IMG/VR virus record: IMGVR_UViG_3300024324_000009
Coordinates: 32,001-96,000 of that record
Source of the DNA: a virus
Reading direction: 5' to 3' (one strand)
Length of the DNA stretch: 64,000 nucleotides
Every line of letters begins with the position of its first letter. Within the stretch, counting starts at the first letter, position 1. The notes under the pieces were generated by a model that worked only from the letters and a program-made list of their open reading frames with translations, did no database searches and was not told where the DNA came from. Both the position numbers and the translations under genes were made by a program. Positions 63,852 through 64,000 of this stretch are shown here, piece after piece.

Positions 63852-64000
63852 CCTAATATCCTTTTACGCCATTGTTCTAAGTCTTCGCTGTATGGTAACT
63901 CAATATATTCTATTCCGTTTAATTCGCACCATTCTATTTTTTCTCTGTCTCGTTTCTTATGTTGTGCAAAATTCATTGGTGTTTGATGGAAGTGAGGTAT
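63848..64000 (-). CDS. 3' end of a Vsr/DUF559-like endonuclease (partial)
   Basis: Translates to ...HFHQTPMNFAQHKKRDREKIEWCELNGIEYIELPY...*; ATGA overlap with the next gene. Confidence 0.65.
   Translation of the reverse strand: MPHFHQTPMNFAQHKKRDREKIEWCELNGIEYIELPYSEDLEQWRKRILG

Noticed and set aside
1-64000. Numerous short antisense or alternate-frame ORFs in the track (for example 52479..52862 +, 45750..46151 +, 29830..30264 -)
   Set aside because: They lie fully within well-supported genes, lack RBS or motifs, and are shadow ORFs.
1-64000. Stop-codon reassignment, tRNA or rRNA genes
   Set aside because: The standard code gives near-complete coding density with all three stops in use. 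Intergenic gaps are short and no cloverleaf was noticed by eye.

Overview
This window is a 64 kb segment of a large, AT-rich tailed dsDNA phage genome (Caudoviricetes) with two convergent arms, read in the standard genetic code. The + arm (1-42781) is a virion/tail module: neck-like genes, a probable tail tube, chaperone-like genes, a 3525-aa tape measure protein (TMP), a beta-roll fibre and 593/1914/3030-aa tail-tip-type proteins. The - arm (42715-64000) carries replication, recombination and modification genes: DnaB, DnaG, dNMP kinase, Cas4/RecB-like exonuclease, a split DnaE with DnaQ between its halves, SSB, a glycosyltransferase/methyltransferase island and a Rad52/Sak-like annealase. A DUF1559 prepilin-like gene points to a Planctomycetota (or related PVC) host. 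The most interesting signal is that the TMP looks like a modular polyprotein: repeated [FY]xxGG and DTVPAMLTPGE[FY]V motifs delimit cassettes holding two paralogous PD-(D/E)xK nuclease-like domains, a GNAT-like domain and a ~1200-aa unknown segment, which suggests a tail-injected effector cargo system. Other notable items are the intein-less split DnaE, the phage-borne DUF1559 gene, a very Cys-rich giant virion protein, and four sigma70-like promoters at the ends of upstream genes. All assignments come from reading motifs by eye; no database searches were run.
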